Assembly (NCBI GenBank): GCA_964619365.1
Contig: CAZUDQ010000009.1
Coordinates: 1 to 31,934, forward strand
DNA length: 31,934 nucleotides
Source of the DNA: an uncultured archaeon
Lineage (GTDB): Archaea; Altiarchaeota; Altiarchaeia; JAFGQM01
Direction: 5' to 3'
A model generated the notes under the pieces. The model saw only the letters and a program-made list of their open reading frames with translations. It did not search any database and had not been told where the DNA came from. Position 1 is the stretch's first letter. Each line of letters starts with the position of its first letter. Position numbers and translations under genes: made by a program. Below, one piece after another: positions 1-9,511 of the stretch.

Positions 1-3000
1 AGCTACTTGTCCATGAAGGGACGACAATGAGGTTTGCAGCACTTGCGCCTATATTATTTATGGTTAGAGTCCAGGTTGTGCTGCCTGTTTCTTTGATAAT
101 GCTCGGATTTGCGCTAAAACTTATTGTGAAGTTTGTTGTGTTTGTTACAGGTGAGTAACCGCCACAATCTGATTCGTTTACTAGGTCTTGCCAGGCAAGG
201 GGCTGGTAGCCGTCGCCGTCGCAGAAATTGTCCCACGGCGGGAAGTACCACTGGAGTATAGGCTCGTGTGATATGTAGAAGAAGTAGTGCACGTCATCTT
301 TTTCAGTACAATTCTCGTTTCCGCCCGGATAACATGAGCTTGCGTTATCACCTGTGTGATTTAACCAGTAAGCGTTTGATATTATCGAATCTGGGGCTAA
401 TGAACCTATGAACCCCCCTATGTGCAAGGTTCCGGTTATGTTTCCTGTGGAATATGAGTTATTGATTATTGAGCCTACAGATATTTCTCCAGCAAGACCT
501 CCCACGTATTGATTCCCTATTATGTTTCCTATTGCATATGTGCTATTGACTATTGATTCTCCGCTTATCTGTCCGGTGAGACCTCCAGTATTGTTTTCTC
601 CACTTATGTTTCCAGTGGCGTAAGAATCTGAGATATTTGAACTCGAGCTTATGAGTCCTGCGAGGCCTCCAGTATTGTTTTCTCCAACGACATTTCCTGA
701 TGCATATGATGCGGAGATTGATGAACTAGTATACAAAAGTCCGGTGAGGCCCCCTGTGTTAAAGGTTCCTGTAACGCTTCCTGTTGCAGAAGAATTAGAG
801 ATTGTTGAATTCACTTCTACATATCCAGTGAGACCTCCGGTATTGTTTATTCCCAATACGTTTCCTGTTGAATGTGAATTATTAATTGTTGAATTATATC
901 CGAGCCATGAGGTGAGGCCACCTGTGTAACTTTCTCCTATGACAATACCACTTGCGTTACAGTTTAAGATTCTTGAATTCGAGTATGAAATTGCTGTGAG
1001 GCCGCCGGTTCTTGACTCTCCTGTGACGTTTCCTGTCGAATATGAATTTAAAATCGATGAATTTATGTATAAAATTCCCACCAGGCCGCCTGCGATATTG
1101 TCTCCCGTGACGTTTCCTGTGGAGTAAGAGTTATTTATGATTGAATTTACCTCCACCCATCCCACTAGTCCTCCGATGTAGTAACCCATTCCTGTGACGT
1201 TTCCTGTGGAATATGAGTTATTTATGATTGAATTTGCCTCTGCCCAACCCGCTAGACCTCCTGTACGCCCCCCATGTTCTCCAGTTCCTATAACCGTTGC
1301 TGTTGAGTAAGAATTTAGTATTATACTGCTTTTTAAGTCTCCTGCGAGGCCGCCTATGTACATATGCCCTCCTGAGACTGTTCCTGTTGCAGAAGAATTA
1401 AATATTGTTGAATTTTCTAAATATCCTGCGAGGCCGCCCACATTGGTGTAGCCACCAGTTATGTTTGCTGTTGAGTATGAGTTATTGATTATTGAATTTG
1501 ATTCAATCCATCCTGCGAGGCCGCCCACACAATTTCCATCTGCAAATACATTTCCTGTCGAGTATGAATTTAGAATTACACTTCTATTTATGTATCCTGC
1601 GAGGCCGCCGGTTCCTGCGCGAGTAGTACTAGACCCTGTTCTTGTAATATTTCCCGTTGAGTATGAGTTTGAAATTATCCCACTAGCCTCAATCCACCCC
1701 ACCAGTCCACCTGCCCTGTATTCTCCAGTGACTGTTGCTGTTGAGTAAGAGTTGTTGATTGTTGATACTTCATAAGCGTATCCTGCAAGACCGCCTGCGC
1801 CGGAGCTGCCATGAACATTATCTTCCCCATATATTTCCCCCCCTGAGTGCGAATTTGAAATTGTTCCGGCAAAATACCCTGTGAGGCCGCCCGTATAATA
1901 TCCTGTACTTGAAACAATTGATGTTGAAGAAGAGTTTATTATTGTCCCACCAAGATACCCTGTTATGCCACCCACGCCACCAGTTCCATTAATAATTCCA
2001 GTTGTATGTGTATTTGAGATTTCTGAGCTTGAGTACACAGATCCTGCAAGAATCCCGGAATACGCGTCCCCTGTAACCTCGGCCGAAATTATGTTCAGAT
2101 TGCTTATGTTTGAGCCGACAATACGTCCAAACAGACCTATGTAATCTTCAGTTGAGCGATTTATGTAAAGGCCTGTTATCGTATGATTGGCGCCATCAAA
2201 ATTTCCTATAAACGGTAGGAATAGTGAATATTGCAATTTGCCTATCGGCAACCATCCATCATCCACATTATATGGGTCAATATCAAGATCTATGTCTGCT
2301 GTTAAGGTATAATTGCAGATTAGGCAAAGTCTTGACGCATTAAGATCCGCGGCATCAGTGATTTGACAGGGATTTATTAAGCTTCCGTCACCACTCATGC
2401 TATTTGGACACCCAGATGCGGGAGACTCTGGAGTTTGTAATGTTGGATAATAACTGCCGGAATTTGAAGAATTCCAAATATTTGTAAAGTCCCATGAAGA
2501 TTCGGGATCATTTGAATATGTAAAGAAATATGACTCTGAAGAAACTGCCGTGCAGTAATAATCCCCATTATAATAACAAAACTTTGCATCGTCTCCGCTA
2601 CGGTTTAACCAGTAGCAATCTGAGATTGATGAGATACTGTATATGCGTCCCGCGAGGCCGCCGGTGGAGTGTCCTGTTCCCGAGGTGTTTCCTGTGATGA
2701 ATCCTGTTGCGTATGAGTCTGAGATTGAACCCGAGCTTGTGAATCCTGCGAGGCCGCCTGTGTATATGTCTCCAGTAACATCCCCTATTGCGTATGAATT
2801 TATGTTTGCACCACTAGAGTATCCCACGAGGCCTCCTGTGTTAGATGTTCCTGTGATGTCCCCTATTGCATAGGAGTTTGAGATCGTGCCGCCGGAGTAT
2901 CCCACGAGGCCTCCGGTATTGGAGTTTCCTGTGATATCCGCTGTTGCATAGGAACTTAATATAGAAGGTCTATTATATGAATCTCCATAAGAATATCCCA

Positions 3001-4405
3001 CGAGGCCTCCTGTACTCTCGTCTCCTGAAACAATTCCTGTTGAATGTGAGTTGTTGATTACTGAGAATTGTATATAACCTGCGAGGCCTCCTGTGTATCT
3101 GTCTCCTGAGGCTGTTCCTGTGGCATAGGAATTCAAGATTGTCGATTGAGTCATATAACCTATGAGGCCGCCTGTTTCATTAATTCCCAGGACGTTTCCG
3201 CTTGCATAAGAATTGGAAACTCTTACATTGTTGGCTCCGCCGATTAGGCCACCAATAGATTCATTTCCTAAGACATTTCCATTTGCATAAGAATTAGAGA
3301 TGCTTCCACCGCCAGCCCCCCCGATGAGGCCGCCTGTGTAATCATCCCCTGTGACGGTTCCTGTTGCATAAGAGTTTATAATTATCCCCAAACCTGCCCC
3401 CACAAGGCCGCCTGTGTTCCCATCTCCCGTGACAGTTCCTGTGGCATAGGAGTTTGAGATTATGCCGCCAAATCCAAACAGGCCGCCGCCAGCAAGACCT
3501 CCCGTGCCTGATACCCCCGTGACGGTTGCCGTAGAATATGAATCTATAACTGTACAAGAATCCCAGGCGTGCCCAAGGAGGCCACCAGTTGTAGCATTTC
3601 CTGTGACGATTCCTGTTGTATACGAACTCACTATCATCGAATTATCTTCGAGGCATCCCGCTAGACCTCCGGTATAGTCATCTCCTGACGTTGTCCCAGT
3701 TGCATATGAATTTGAGATTAAACTTTCATCCAGATATCCCGCAAGTCCTCCTGTATAATACCCGGTTCCCGTAACCGTTCCTGTTACATATGAATCTAGT
3801 ATTGCTGAACCTAAATCCAATCTTCCGGCAAGGGCCCCCGTATCCTCATTTCCTGTAACATCGACTGAGAGTAATCTTATATTATTTAAATCTGCATTGC
3901 TAACGGCTGCAAAAAGACCTACATCTTCCTCAGTTGGCCGATTTATAAAAAGATTACTTATTGTGTAATTATTCCCATCAAGATTTCCTTTGAATGGATT
4001 TGAGTAATATACTCCGATTGGGGTCCAGCCTTCCCCTGTTGTATAACTTGCATCGCAGGCCGAGAAGTCTATGTCATTTTGTAACTCATACTTCCAAGAA
4101 AGCTCGGTTCTGATTCTGTTAAGATCATCACATGAGCAGATTGGGTGCGGACTTGTTCCGGCGTTCCAACAATCGACTGTCGAGCTTCCCATAAGTCCCG
4201 AGCCATGGATATTGGCATCTACAGTCTCGTTTGACTCTGGGGGCGTCAGGAAATATTCATATATATCTTCATCGCCAATTGCAAGACCCAGGGGGGAGTC
4301 TGGTGCATTAAAGCCCTCTTCATACGAAGTTAATGCACTAAATGACACGGCAAATACCGCAATAATGACTGATATATTTAATGTTACTGTGATTTTTGAG
4401 ACCAT
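1..4405 (-). CDS. Large secreted/surface GLUG-repeat (beta-helix) protein, 3'-partial (>1468 aa), two tandem GLUG modules
   Basis: Hand translation from ATG 4405: MVSKITVTLNISVIIAVFAVSFSA (signal-like), then PICSCDDLNRIR..YELQNDIDFS..GWTPIG..FKGNLDGNNYT, then dozens of SYSTGNVTG..TGGLxG repeats. The cap motif recurs near 2400-2100. Probably absent from the ORF track because it has no in-window stop. The + strand 'RPPV' ORFs (651, 939, 1461, 2643, 3462, 4071) all lie in one antisense frame, consistent with a single uninterrupted ORF. Confidence 0.9.
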   Translation of the reverse strand, partial: MVSKITVTLNISVIIAVFAVSFSALTSYEEGFNAPDSPLGLAIGDEDIYEYFLTPPESNETVDANIHGSGLMGSSTVDCWNAGTSPHPICSCDDLNRIRTELSWKYELQNDIDFSACDASYTTGEGWTPIGVYYSNPFKGNLDGNNYTISNLFINRPTEEDVGLFAAVSNADLNNIRLLSVDVTGNEDTGALAGRLDLGSAILDSYVTGTVTGTGYYTGGLAGYLDESLISNSYATGTTSGDDYTGGLAGCLEDNSMIVSSYTTGIVTGNATTGGLLGHAWDSCTVIDSYSTATVTGVSGTGGLAGGGLFGFGGIISNSYATGTVTGDGNTGGLVGAGLGIIINSYATGTVTGDDYTGGLIGGAGGGSISNSYANGNVLGNESIGGLIGGANNVRVSNSYASGNVLGINETGGLIGYMTQSTILNSYATGTASGDRYTGGLAGYIQFSVINNSHSTGIVSGDESTGGLVGYSYGDSYNRPSILSSYATADITGNSNTGGLVGYSGGTISNSYAIGDITGTSNTGGLVGYSSGANINSYAIGDVTGDIYTGGLAGFTSSGSISDSYATGFITGNTSGTGHSTGGLAGRIYSISSISDCYWLNRSGDDAKFCYYNGDYYCTAVSSESYFFTYSNDPESSWDFTNIWNSSNSGSYYPTLQTPESPASGCPNSMSGDGSLINPCQITDAADLNASRLCLICNYTLTADIDLDIDPYNVDDGWLPIGKLQYSLFLPFIGNFDGANHTITGLYINRSTEDYIGLFGRIVGSNISNLNIISAEVTGDAYSGILAGSVYSSSEISNTHTTGIINGTGGVGGITGYLGGTIINSSSTSIVSSTGYYTGGLTGYFAGTISNSHSGGEIYGEDNVHGSSGAGGLAGYAYEVSTINNSYSTATVTGEYRAGGLVGWIEASGIISNSYSTGNITRTGSSTTRAGTGGLAGYINRSVILNSYSTGNVFADGNCVGGLAGWIESNSIINNSYSTANITGGYTNVGGLAGYLENSTIFNSSATGTVSGGHMYIGGLAGDLKSSIILNSYSTATVIGTGEHGGRTGGLAGWAEANSIINNSYSTGNVTGMGYYIGGLVGWVEVNSIINNSYSTGNVTGDNIAGGLVGILYINSSILNSYSTGNVTGESRTGGLTAISYSNSRILNCNASGIVIGESYTGGLTSWLGYNSTINNSHSTGNVLGINNTGGLTGYVEVNSTISNSSATGSVTGTFNTGGLTGLLYTSSSISASYASGNVVGENNTGGLAGLISSSSNISDSYATGNISGENNTGGLTGQISGESIVNSTYAIGNIIGNQYVGGLAGEISVGSIINNSYSTGNITGTLHIGGFIGSLAPDSIISNAYWLNHTGDNASSCYPGGNENCTEKDDVHYFFYISHEPILQWYFPPWDNFCDGDGYQPLAWQDLVNESDCGGYSPVTNTTNFTISFSANPSIIKETGSTTWTLTINNIGASAANLIVVPSWTSS
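1107..1262. repeat. Near-identical tandem GLUG unit duplication (87-bp period)
   Basis: gtgacgtttcctgtgga..gagttatttatgattgaattt.cctc..ccca.ccc.ctag.cctcc at 1107 and again at 1194. Confidence 0.75.
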
Positions 4406-4597
4406 GTTGCCCTAAACTTACATTTAAATTTAAGGGTTTAAGGGATAAAAAAGCTGCACTAAGTTCTTATCAAATCTTATAGGTGTATGGGGGGTTTATT
4501 GAATAATCATATCGTTGACTAAAAGTGCGATACTGGATAATACCCGACAAAAGTTTTAATGCATCGCTACTCAAATTCACGGGTTGATTATTTAACA

Positions 4598-5611
4598 ATG
4601 AATCTTGACGGGACTTCAATCATTATAAAAAAGAGGGCGAATAACCCCATTTTACGGGAAGATGTTGACGCGCTTCGCTCTAATGTCTCTTTGGCACTTG
4701 AAAAGCGTGAAAAGTCCCTGGCAAAAGAAAAAGAATTATCAAAAGAGGTTGAAGAAATCAAGAAAAAGAGTATAAAAAATCTTGAGGATTTAGTTTTTGG
4801 CGCTGCAAAATCGCTGAGGGAATCAGGCAGGGATGCCTTTATTGCAAAAAGGCCGCTTGATGTCGCCGAGTATATTCGAGGCATTGTAGAAAAGGAAGCT
4901 CTTGGGCTTGTCCCCTCACCCCAAACGATAGAGTCTGAAGTCATGCAGGCATTTTTCGTATCAAACGGTATCAGAATCCTTTCAGAAAAATATGCTGGTA
5001 TAAAGGGCGGGACACCGATGTTGCACCCTTATTTGCCGTATCCAAATAGTGAAGAAAAAGCAGACAGCTCCGAAGGTCTGCGTTTTGCCATAGTATCCGC
5101 ATGCATCCTTGATTCAGGCGGATTTGGCTATTTTGAGGAAGAGGAAATTAAGGCTCTGGAAAACTGTAAAGATTCTTTTGTTATTGTCAGCGCAGACCGC
5201 GTATTTGGAAAGGAGGATGCGGCAAAAGTCGCCAGGCTTCTTGAACTCTCTTCAGGCGAGATGATAAAGACAAAAAAGGTCGAACTCCCTAAACAGGTGA
5301 TAATACTTGATAACGGGCGTCTTAACGTTGCAAGAAGCGAGCGTGCAGGCGTCTTAAAGTGCATAGGATGCTATGCCTGTTCCATATATGATCCCGTATT
5401 TCTTACGATAGGAAGCATTTATGGCTCGCCCCAGATGGGGGAAATTGGTGTTGTCTCTGCAGGATACCAAAGCGGGCTTAAGACTGCAGTTTCCCGTGGA
5501 CTCTGGTTATCCCCACTTTCAAAGCGTTCTGAATCCGAGTGTCCAGTAAATGTTCCCCTGACCGCAGTTCTGGTGCAGATGCGCCAGAAAGCCGAATTAA
5601 ACGGGCTTTAA
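4598..5611 (+). CDS. LUD-domain / LutB-like Fe-S protein, degenerate
   Basis: LutB-like layout: N-terminal helical region, 'VIILDNGR', 'LKCIGCYAC..DPVF', 'YGSPQMGEIG', 'ECPVNVPL'. Start MNLDG at 4598 preferred over 4559. Confidence 0.7.
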   Translation: MNLDGTSIIIKKRANNPILREDVDALRSNVSLALEKREKSLAKEKELSKEVEEIKKKSIKNLEDLVFGAAKSLRESGRDAFIAKRPLDVAEYIRGIVEKEALGLVPSPQTIESEVMQAFFVSNGIRILSEKYAGIKGGTPMLHPYLPYPNSEEKADSSEGLRFAIVSACILDSGGFGYFEEEEIKALENCKDSFVIVSADRVFGKEDAAKVARLLELSSGEMIKTKKVELPKQVIILDNGRLNVARSERAGVLKCIGCYACSIYDPVFLTIGSIYGSPQMGEIGVVSAGYQSGLKTAVSRGLWLSPLSKRSESECPVNVPLTAVLVQMRQKAELNGL

Positions 5612-5735
5612 TATGTTTTTTGCCCAAAACCAATAGAATTTATTAGCTTCATATTCTTAGCTGAGCTCACGCGTTTTTATAGATAGGCATATAAATAATA
5701 TCAGTTTATTTGTCACCGACTGGTGATAACAAAAA

Positions 5736-5945
5736 ATGGAAACAATCGGAACAGGTTTTAGGACTGTTGGAGATAAGCTCATCGTCCGTTTATCAAGCGT
5801 GCCCAAAGAAGGCAGTAAGGTTTACCTTGATGACGAAACAGAGATTGGCAAACTCGTTGACATAATCGGTCCTGTTAAAAGCCCGTTTGGCGTTGTTGTG
5901 ACAAAATGTGGGAATGAGTGCTTGGGGAAGACAATACTCGCATAA
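5736..5945 (+). CDS. gar1: H/ACA RNP subunit Gar1/Naf1 family
   Basis: 'IGKLVDIIGPVKSPF' matches the Gar1 motif (IGxVxDIFGPVxxPY). It lies directly upstream of tfb, a conserved archaeal gene order. GGTGA SD at 5722-5726. Confidence 0.8.
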   Translation: METIGTGFRTVGDKLIVRLSSVPKEGSKVYLDDETEIGKLVDIIGPVKSPFGVVVTKCGNECLGKTILA

Positions 5946-5961
5946 AAAAATAAAAGCCAAA

Positions 5962-6591
5962 ATGGATTCCGAATACAGCATAAGAATAGGCGTCGGCGCT
6001 CCAGAAGCTGCCGTACTCTCGGTTGATAAGGAGATTTTCAGACAAGCAACTCTCCTTGACCTTGATGATGACATCATGCATGAAGCTGATGGGAAATACA
6101 ACGAAGCTGTGAGAAAAGGCTATACCAAATACAAACAGGATGATAAGGTTATAACCGCCCTTCTTTATGTTTCCTGCAGAATGAATATGGTACCTTTAAC
6201 ACTCCATAAAATCTGTGATACCCTTAGAATAGACTACCGCTCGATAAATAAGGTATATCGCTACCTCATCAAAAAGATGCAATTACACATACCTTCGACA
6301 AACGCAAAAGAATATATTGAGAAATTTGCTGTCGAGCTTCGTTTACCTAAAACGGTTCTTGATCGTGCCGAAAGTATGCTTATTGATCCTCGTGTTGCAA
6401 CTGCAGTATCCGGAAAAGGTCCTGCGGGCGTTGCAGCAGCAAGCTTGTGTGTAGCTGGTGAAATGGAGGATGAGATAATAGACCATAAAGGTATCTCTGA
6501 ATTATCAGGAGTCACCTGCGTCACAATCAGAAATCGCTGCCGTGAGCTTGAGTCCAATCTTGGACTTAATCGTCTTGCAGCGGCGATTTAG
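5962..6591 (+). CDS. tfb: Transcription factor B paralog/variant, cyclin-core only (no Zn ribbon)
   Basis: Two TFIIB cyclin repeats: 'LYVSCRMNMVPLTL', 'SGKGPAGVAAASL', HTH 'SGVTCVTIRNRCREL'. Start AAAATG at 5962; the 5908 extension overlaps gar1. Confidence 0.8.
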   Translation: MDSEYSIRIGVGAPEAAVLSVDKEIFRQATLLDLDDDIMHEADGKYNEAVRKGYTKYKQDDKVITALLYVSCRMNMVPLTLHKICDTLRIDYRSINKVYRYLIKKMQLHIPSTNAKEYIEKFAVELRLPKTVLDRAESMLIDPRVATAVSGKGPAGVAAASLCVAGEMEDEIIDHKGISELSGVTCVTIRNRCRELESNLGLNRLAAAI

Positions 6592-6670
6592 TTTTTCCTT
6601 CTTTTATTCTTCTTTCTTATTTTCTTTTTATTCTTGTTTTTATCCCTATTTTTATTCTTCCTTCTTATTC
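6592..6670 (+). terminator. Long pyrimidine/U-rich tract after tfb (archaeal-type terminator)
   Basis: About 80 nt almost entirely T/C, with several T4-T5 runs immediately after the tfb stop. Confidence 0.5.
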
Positions 6671-6690
6671 GCGAGCCTTCAAAATAGGCA

Positions 6691-8610
6691 ATGAAGGAGT
6701 ATTTATCTAGCCTTGATATCAGTTTTCTTTGTAGTGAACTCGGCTCGCGCCTTGCAGGGGCAAGGATCGATAAGGTTTATGAGATAGGGGAACGGGAAAT
6801 AAAACTTACGCTTCGCATCTTAGGGGGTGAAGGAAAAGGTGAACTCATAATTGCGCCCAACTATTTCTGCCTGACTAAATTCGAACACAATAGCCCTGAC
6901 ACGCCTTCGGCGCTTACAATGGTTCTAAGGAAGACTCTGGGGGGCGCTATCATCGACTCAGTATCCCAGCATGAGTTTGACAGGATAGTTGAATTCGACC
7001 TTGGAGAACGGGGGAAACTTATTATAGAGCTATTTTCACGCGGAAACCTCATTGTCACAGACAAGGAAGGCGTAATCATCGCACTTCTCGAAGGACAGGA
7101 ATGGAAAGACAGGACACTTACTGTTGGGATTCCCTACTTATACCCACCAGGAACACACAACATTAAGGATATAAGCGAGCATGAGTTCATCCGTATCCTT
7201 GCAGAAAAAAAGGAAATAGGCCGCTCACTTTCAGGGGGAATAGGACTTGGGGGGGAATATGGAGAAGAAGTCCTTTTGCGTTGTGACGCAGATGAGGATG
7301 ACATCCCAAATAAGGAATCCGGGGAGCAGGCATATACTGCCGTAGAAGAGATGCTTCATGCAAAAGTTGACGCGCGCATAGTAAAGGACGGAAGCGTCAT
7401 TGTCTCGGCAGTGCCATTTCCATTAGAACTTTACAAAAAATACAGCCAAGAACCTTATCCCGACTTTAATTCTGCAATTGACGAGCATTTCACAAAGATA
7501 AGAAACGAAGGGATAAAGGCCGACTCAAAAAAAGATTATGAAAAGGAGATTGGGCGCTTTGAGCGGATAATCGCAAAACAAGAAAGGCAGATAGATGAAA
7601 TGAACTCTGCCGCACTTAAGTTTAAGGCGGAAGGTGATTTCATATTCACAAATTACGCTGAAATCAACAAGCTGATACTGGCATGCCACGAGGCAAAATT
7701 AAAAGGCTCAAACTGGGCCGAATACATAAATTCAATAGGCCTTAGGATAATATCGGGTGCCGACAGGATATTTGAATATGAAGGTGTTCCAATATGTATT
7801 GACAAAACTGTTTCAGACAATGCCGAGGAGCGCTACTTAAAATATAAGAAAGCAAAATCAAAAATAGAAGGGTCAAGCGGGGCTCTTATTGAAAGTAGAC
7901 GGGAGCTTGGAGTTGCAAAACGCAGGAAAGACAAAGTAGAACAAAAGCTTCCTGAAAACCCAACAGCGCGGCATGTTCCTGAGTGGTATGAAAAGTTCCG
8001 CTGGTTTAAGTCAAGTAACGGATTCCTGTGCATTGGCGGACGTGATGCCACAACAAACGAAATACTGATAAAAAAACACACAGATGAAAAAGACCTTATC
8101 TTCCACTCAACAGTTCACGGGGCACCGTTCTTTGTTGTTAAAAATCCTGAAGGAAAAGAGATTCCTAAATCAACTAAACGCGAAGCTGCCGAAGGTGCTG
8201 CAAGCTATTCTTCTGCGTGGGGTGCTGGTTGGGGTGCGGCGGATGTTTATTGTGTACGCCCGGATCAAGTATCAAAGACTCCAAAATCCGGCGAATACCT
8301 TACAAAGGGAGCATTTGTCGTGCGCGGCGAGCGCGAGTGGTTCAAGAACACTCCACTAAAAATCGCCCTTGGCTTCAGGGTGACTGATTACGCCATATCA
8401 ATAGGGGGACCGGAGACTGCCGTTGCAAAAGAAGCAAAGCATTATGCCAATGTAATCCCGGGGACTATGAAATCGGGGCTTGTTGCAAAAGAGGCAAAAG
8501 CAAGAATACTCCGTGAGACAAATAAGGAAGACGGGCAAAAGATAAAAAAGGTTATTTTAGGCGAAATACAACGCTGGATTCCTGCTGGAAAGGGGATGCT
8601 TGCAAAATAA
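6691..8610 (+). CDS. rqcH: Rqc2/RqcH (NFACT, NEMF family) ribosome quality-control factor
   Basis: NFACT-N ('LSSLDI', 'FDRIVEF', 'LIIELFSRGNLI'), coiled coil, NFACT-R ('WYEKFRWFKSSNGFLCIGGRDATTNE', 'QVSKTPKSGEYLTKGAFVVRGER'). Confidence 0.92.
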   Translation: MKEYLSSLDISFLCSELGSRLAGARIDKVYEIGEREIKLTLRILGGEGKGELIIAPNYFCLTKFEHNSPDTPSALTMVLRKTLGGAIIDSVSQHEFDRIVEFDLGERGKLIIELFSRGNLIVTDKEGVIIALLEGQEWKDRTLTVGIPYLYPPGTHNIKDISEHEFIRILAEKKEIGRSLSGGIGLGGEYGEEVLLRCDADEDDIPNKESGEQAYTAVEEMLHAKVDARIVKDGSVIVSAVPFPLELYKKYSQEPYPDFNSAIDEHFTKIRNEGIKADSKKDYEKEIGRFERIIAKQERQIDEMNSAALKFKAEGDFIFTNYAEINKLILACHEAKLKGSNWAEYINSIGLRIISGADRIFEYEGVPICIDKTVSDNAEERYLKYKKAKSKIEGSSGALIESRRELGVAKRRKDKVEQKLPENPTARHVPEWYEKFRWFKSSNGFLCIGGRDATTNEILIKKHTDEKDLIFHSTVHGAPFFVVKNPEGKEIPKSTKREAAEGAASYSSAWGAGWGAADVYCVRPDQVSKTPKSGEYLTKGAFVVRGEREWFKNTPLKIALGFRVTDYAISIGGPETAVAKEAKHYANVIPGTMKSGLVAKEAKARILRETNKEDGQKIKKVILGEIQRWIPAGKGMLAK

Positions 8611-8666
8611 TTTTTATTTAGAAACTGCTTAAGTTGCCTGTTAAATATTTAGCTGCTTATAAGAAC

Positions 8667-9470
8667 ATGAAAAAATACGCTGTCATCGGAAATCCCATAG
8701 GACACTCACTTTCTCCAGTTATGCACAATGCCGCGTTTAAGGAAATGGGTGTTGATGCGGTGTATGAAAAAATTGAGGTAAAAGACCTCGCAAAAGAATA
8801 CGAAAAACTAAAGGATGATTATTCTGGGATAAACGTGACAATCCCTTACAAACTTGCCATAATGGAGCTTCTTGATTCAAAGGACATGGCAGCAGAGCTC
8901 ATCGGGGCTGTAAACTGCGTTGATTTCAAAGATGAGGCAACGAGTATTGGGTATAATACGGATATAACAGGGGCTATTGATGCCCTGAAAAGCAAGGAAA
9001 ACGCGCTTAAGGGGAAGTGTGTTCTTGTACTTGGTGCGGGGGGTGCTGCGCGCGCCGTTGTTTTTGGCTGCGCACTTGAAGGTATGGAGATATCCCTCTG
9101 GAACCGTACAAAAGATAAGGCTGAAGCGCTTTCTAAGGATTTAAAGGAGAAGCTTGGGGCGGGCGCAACGGTGCAAAAAGAGCAAAGCTTAGACGGAATT
9201 GACATACTGGTGAATACTACTTCAGTCGGCATGACGCCAAAAATCTTGGAATCTCCCCTGACCTGCAAGATACCAAAGGACATAATCGTTATGGACATTG
9301 TTTATAATCCCCTTGAAACAAAGCTCCTTAGGGACGCAAAAACAGCTGGCGCAATGTGCATTAACGGCCTTGAAATGCTGGTTCTGCAGGGCGCAGAGTC
9401 ACAAAGAATTTGGGGTTATGACCCCCCTGTTGAAGTAATGCGAAAAGCTGCGCTTAATGAACTTTCTTAA
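8667..9470 (+). CDS. aroE: Shikimate dehydrogenase
   Basis: 'VIGNPIGHSLSPVMHN', 'GINVTIPYK', 'GYNTD', 'LGAGGAARA', 'DIVYNPLET', 'GLEMLVLQG'. ATG 8667 preferred. Confidence 0.95.
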   Translation: MKKYAVIGNPIGHSLSPVMHNAAFKEMGVDAVYEKIEVKDLAKEYEKLKDDYSGINVTIPYKLAIMELLDSKDMAAELIGAVNCVDFKDEATSIGYNTDITGAIDALKSKENALKGKCVLVLGAGGAARAVVFGCALEGMEISLWNRTKDKAEALSKDLKEKLGAGATVQKEQSLDGIDILVNTTSVGMTPKILESPLTCKIPKDIIVMDIVYNPLETKLLRDAKTAGAMCINGLEMLVLQGAESQRIWGYDPPVEVMRKAALNELS

Positions 9471-9486
9471 GGTATTTTTATTAACT

Positions 9487-9502
9487 GTAAGACAAATCTT
9501 AC
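9487..9502. promoter_or_regulatory. Palindromic operator of the TA operon (GTAAGA-N4-TCTTAC)
   Basis: Perfect 6-bp inverted repeat between a TATA-like tttttattaa (9475-9484) and the antitoxin ATG (9512). Confidence 0.55.
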
Positions 9503-9511
9503 CGAATTAAA

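Noticed and set aside
400-3850. CRISPR-like periodic 'gaggccgcc/tttcctgt' repeats
   Set aside because: The repeats are degenerate at wobble positions and in frame, so they are protein repeats. No cas genes are present.
651-4415. + strand 'RPPV/FPVEYE' repeat ORFs
   Set aside because: They are antisense shadows of the GLUG gene: all in one frame and broken by stops.
6588-6690. K/N/R-rich antisense reading frame across the pyrimidine tract
   Set aside because: An open frame is expected from purine-rich composition. It has no nearby start and runs into rqcH antisense.
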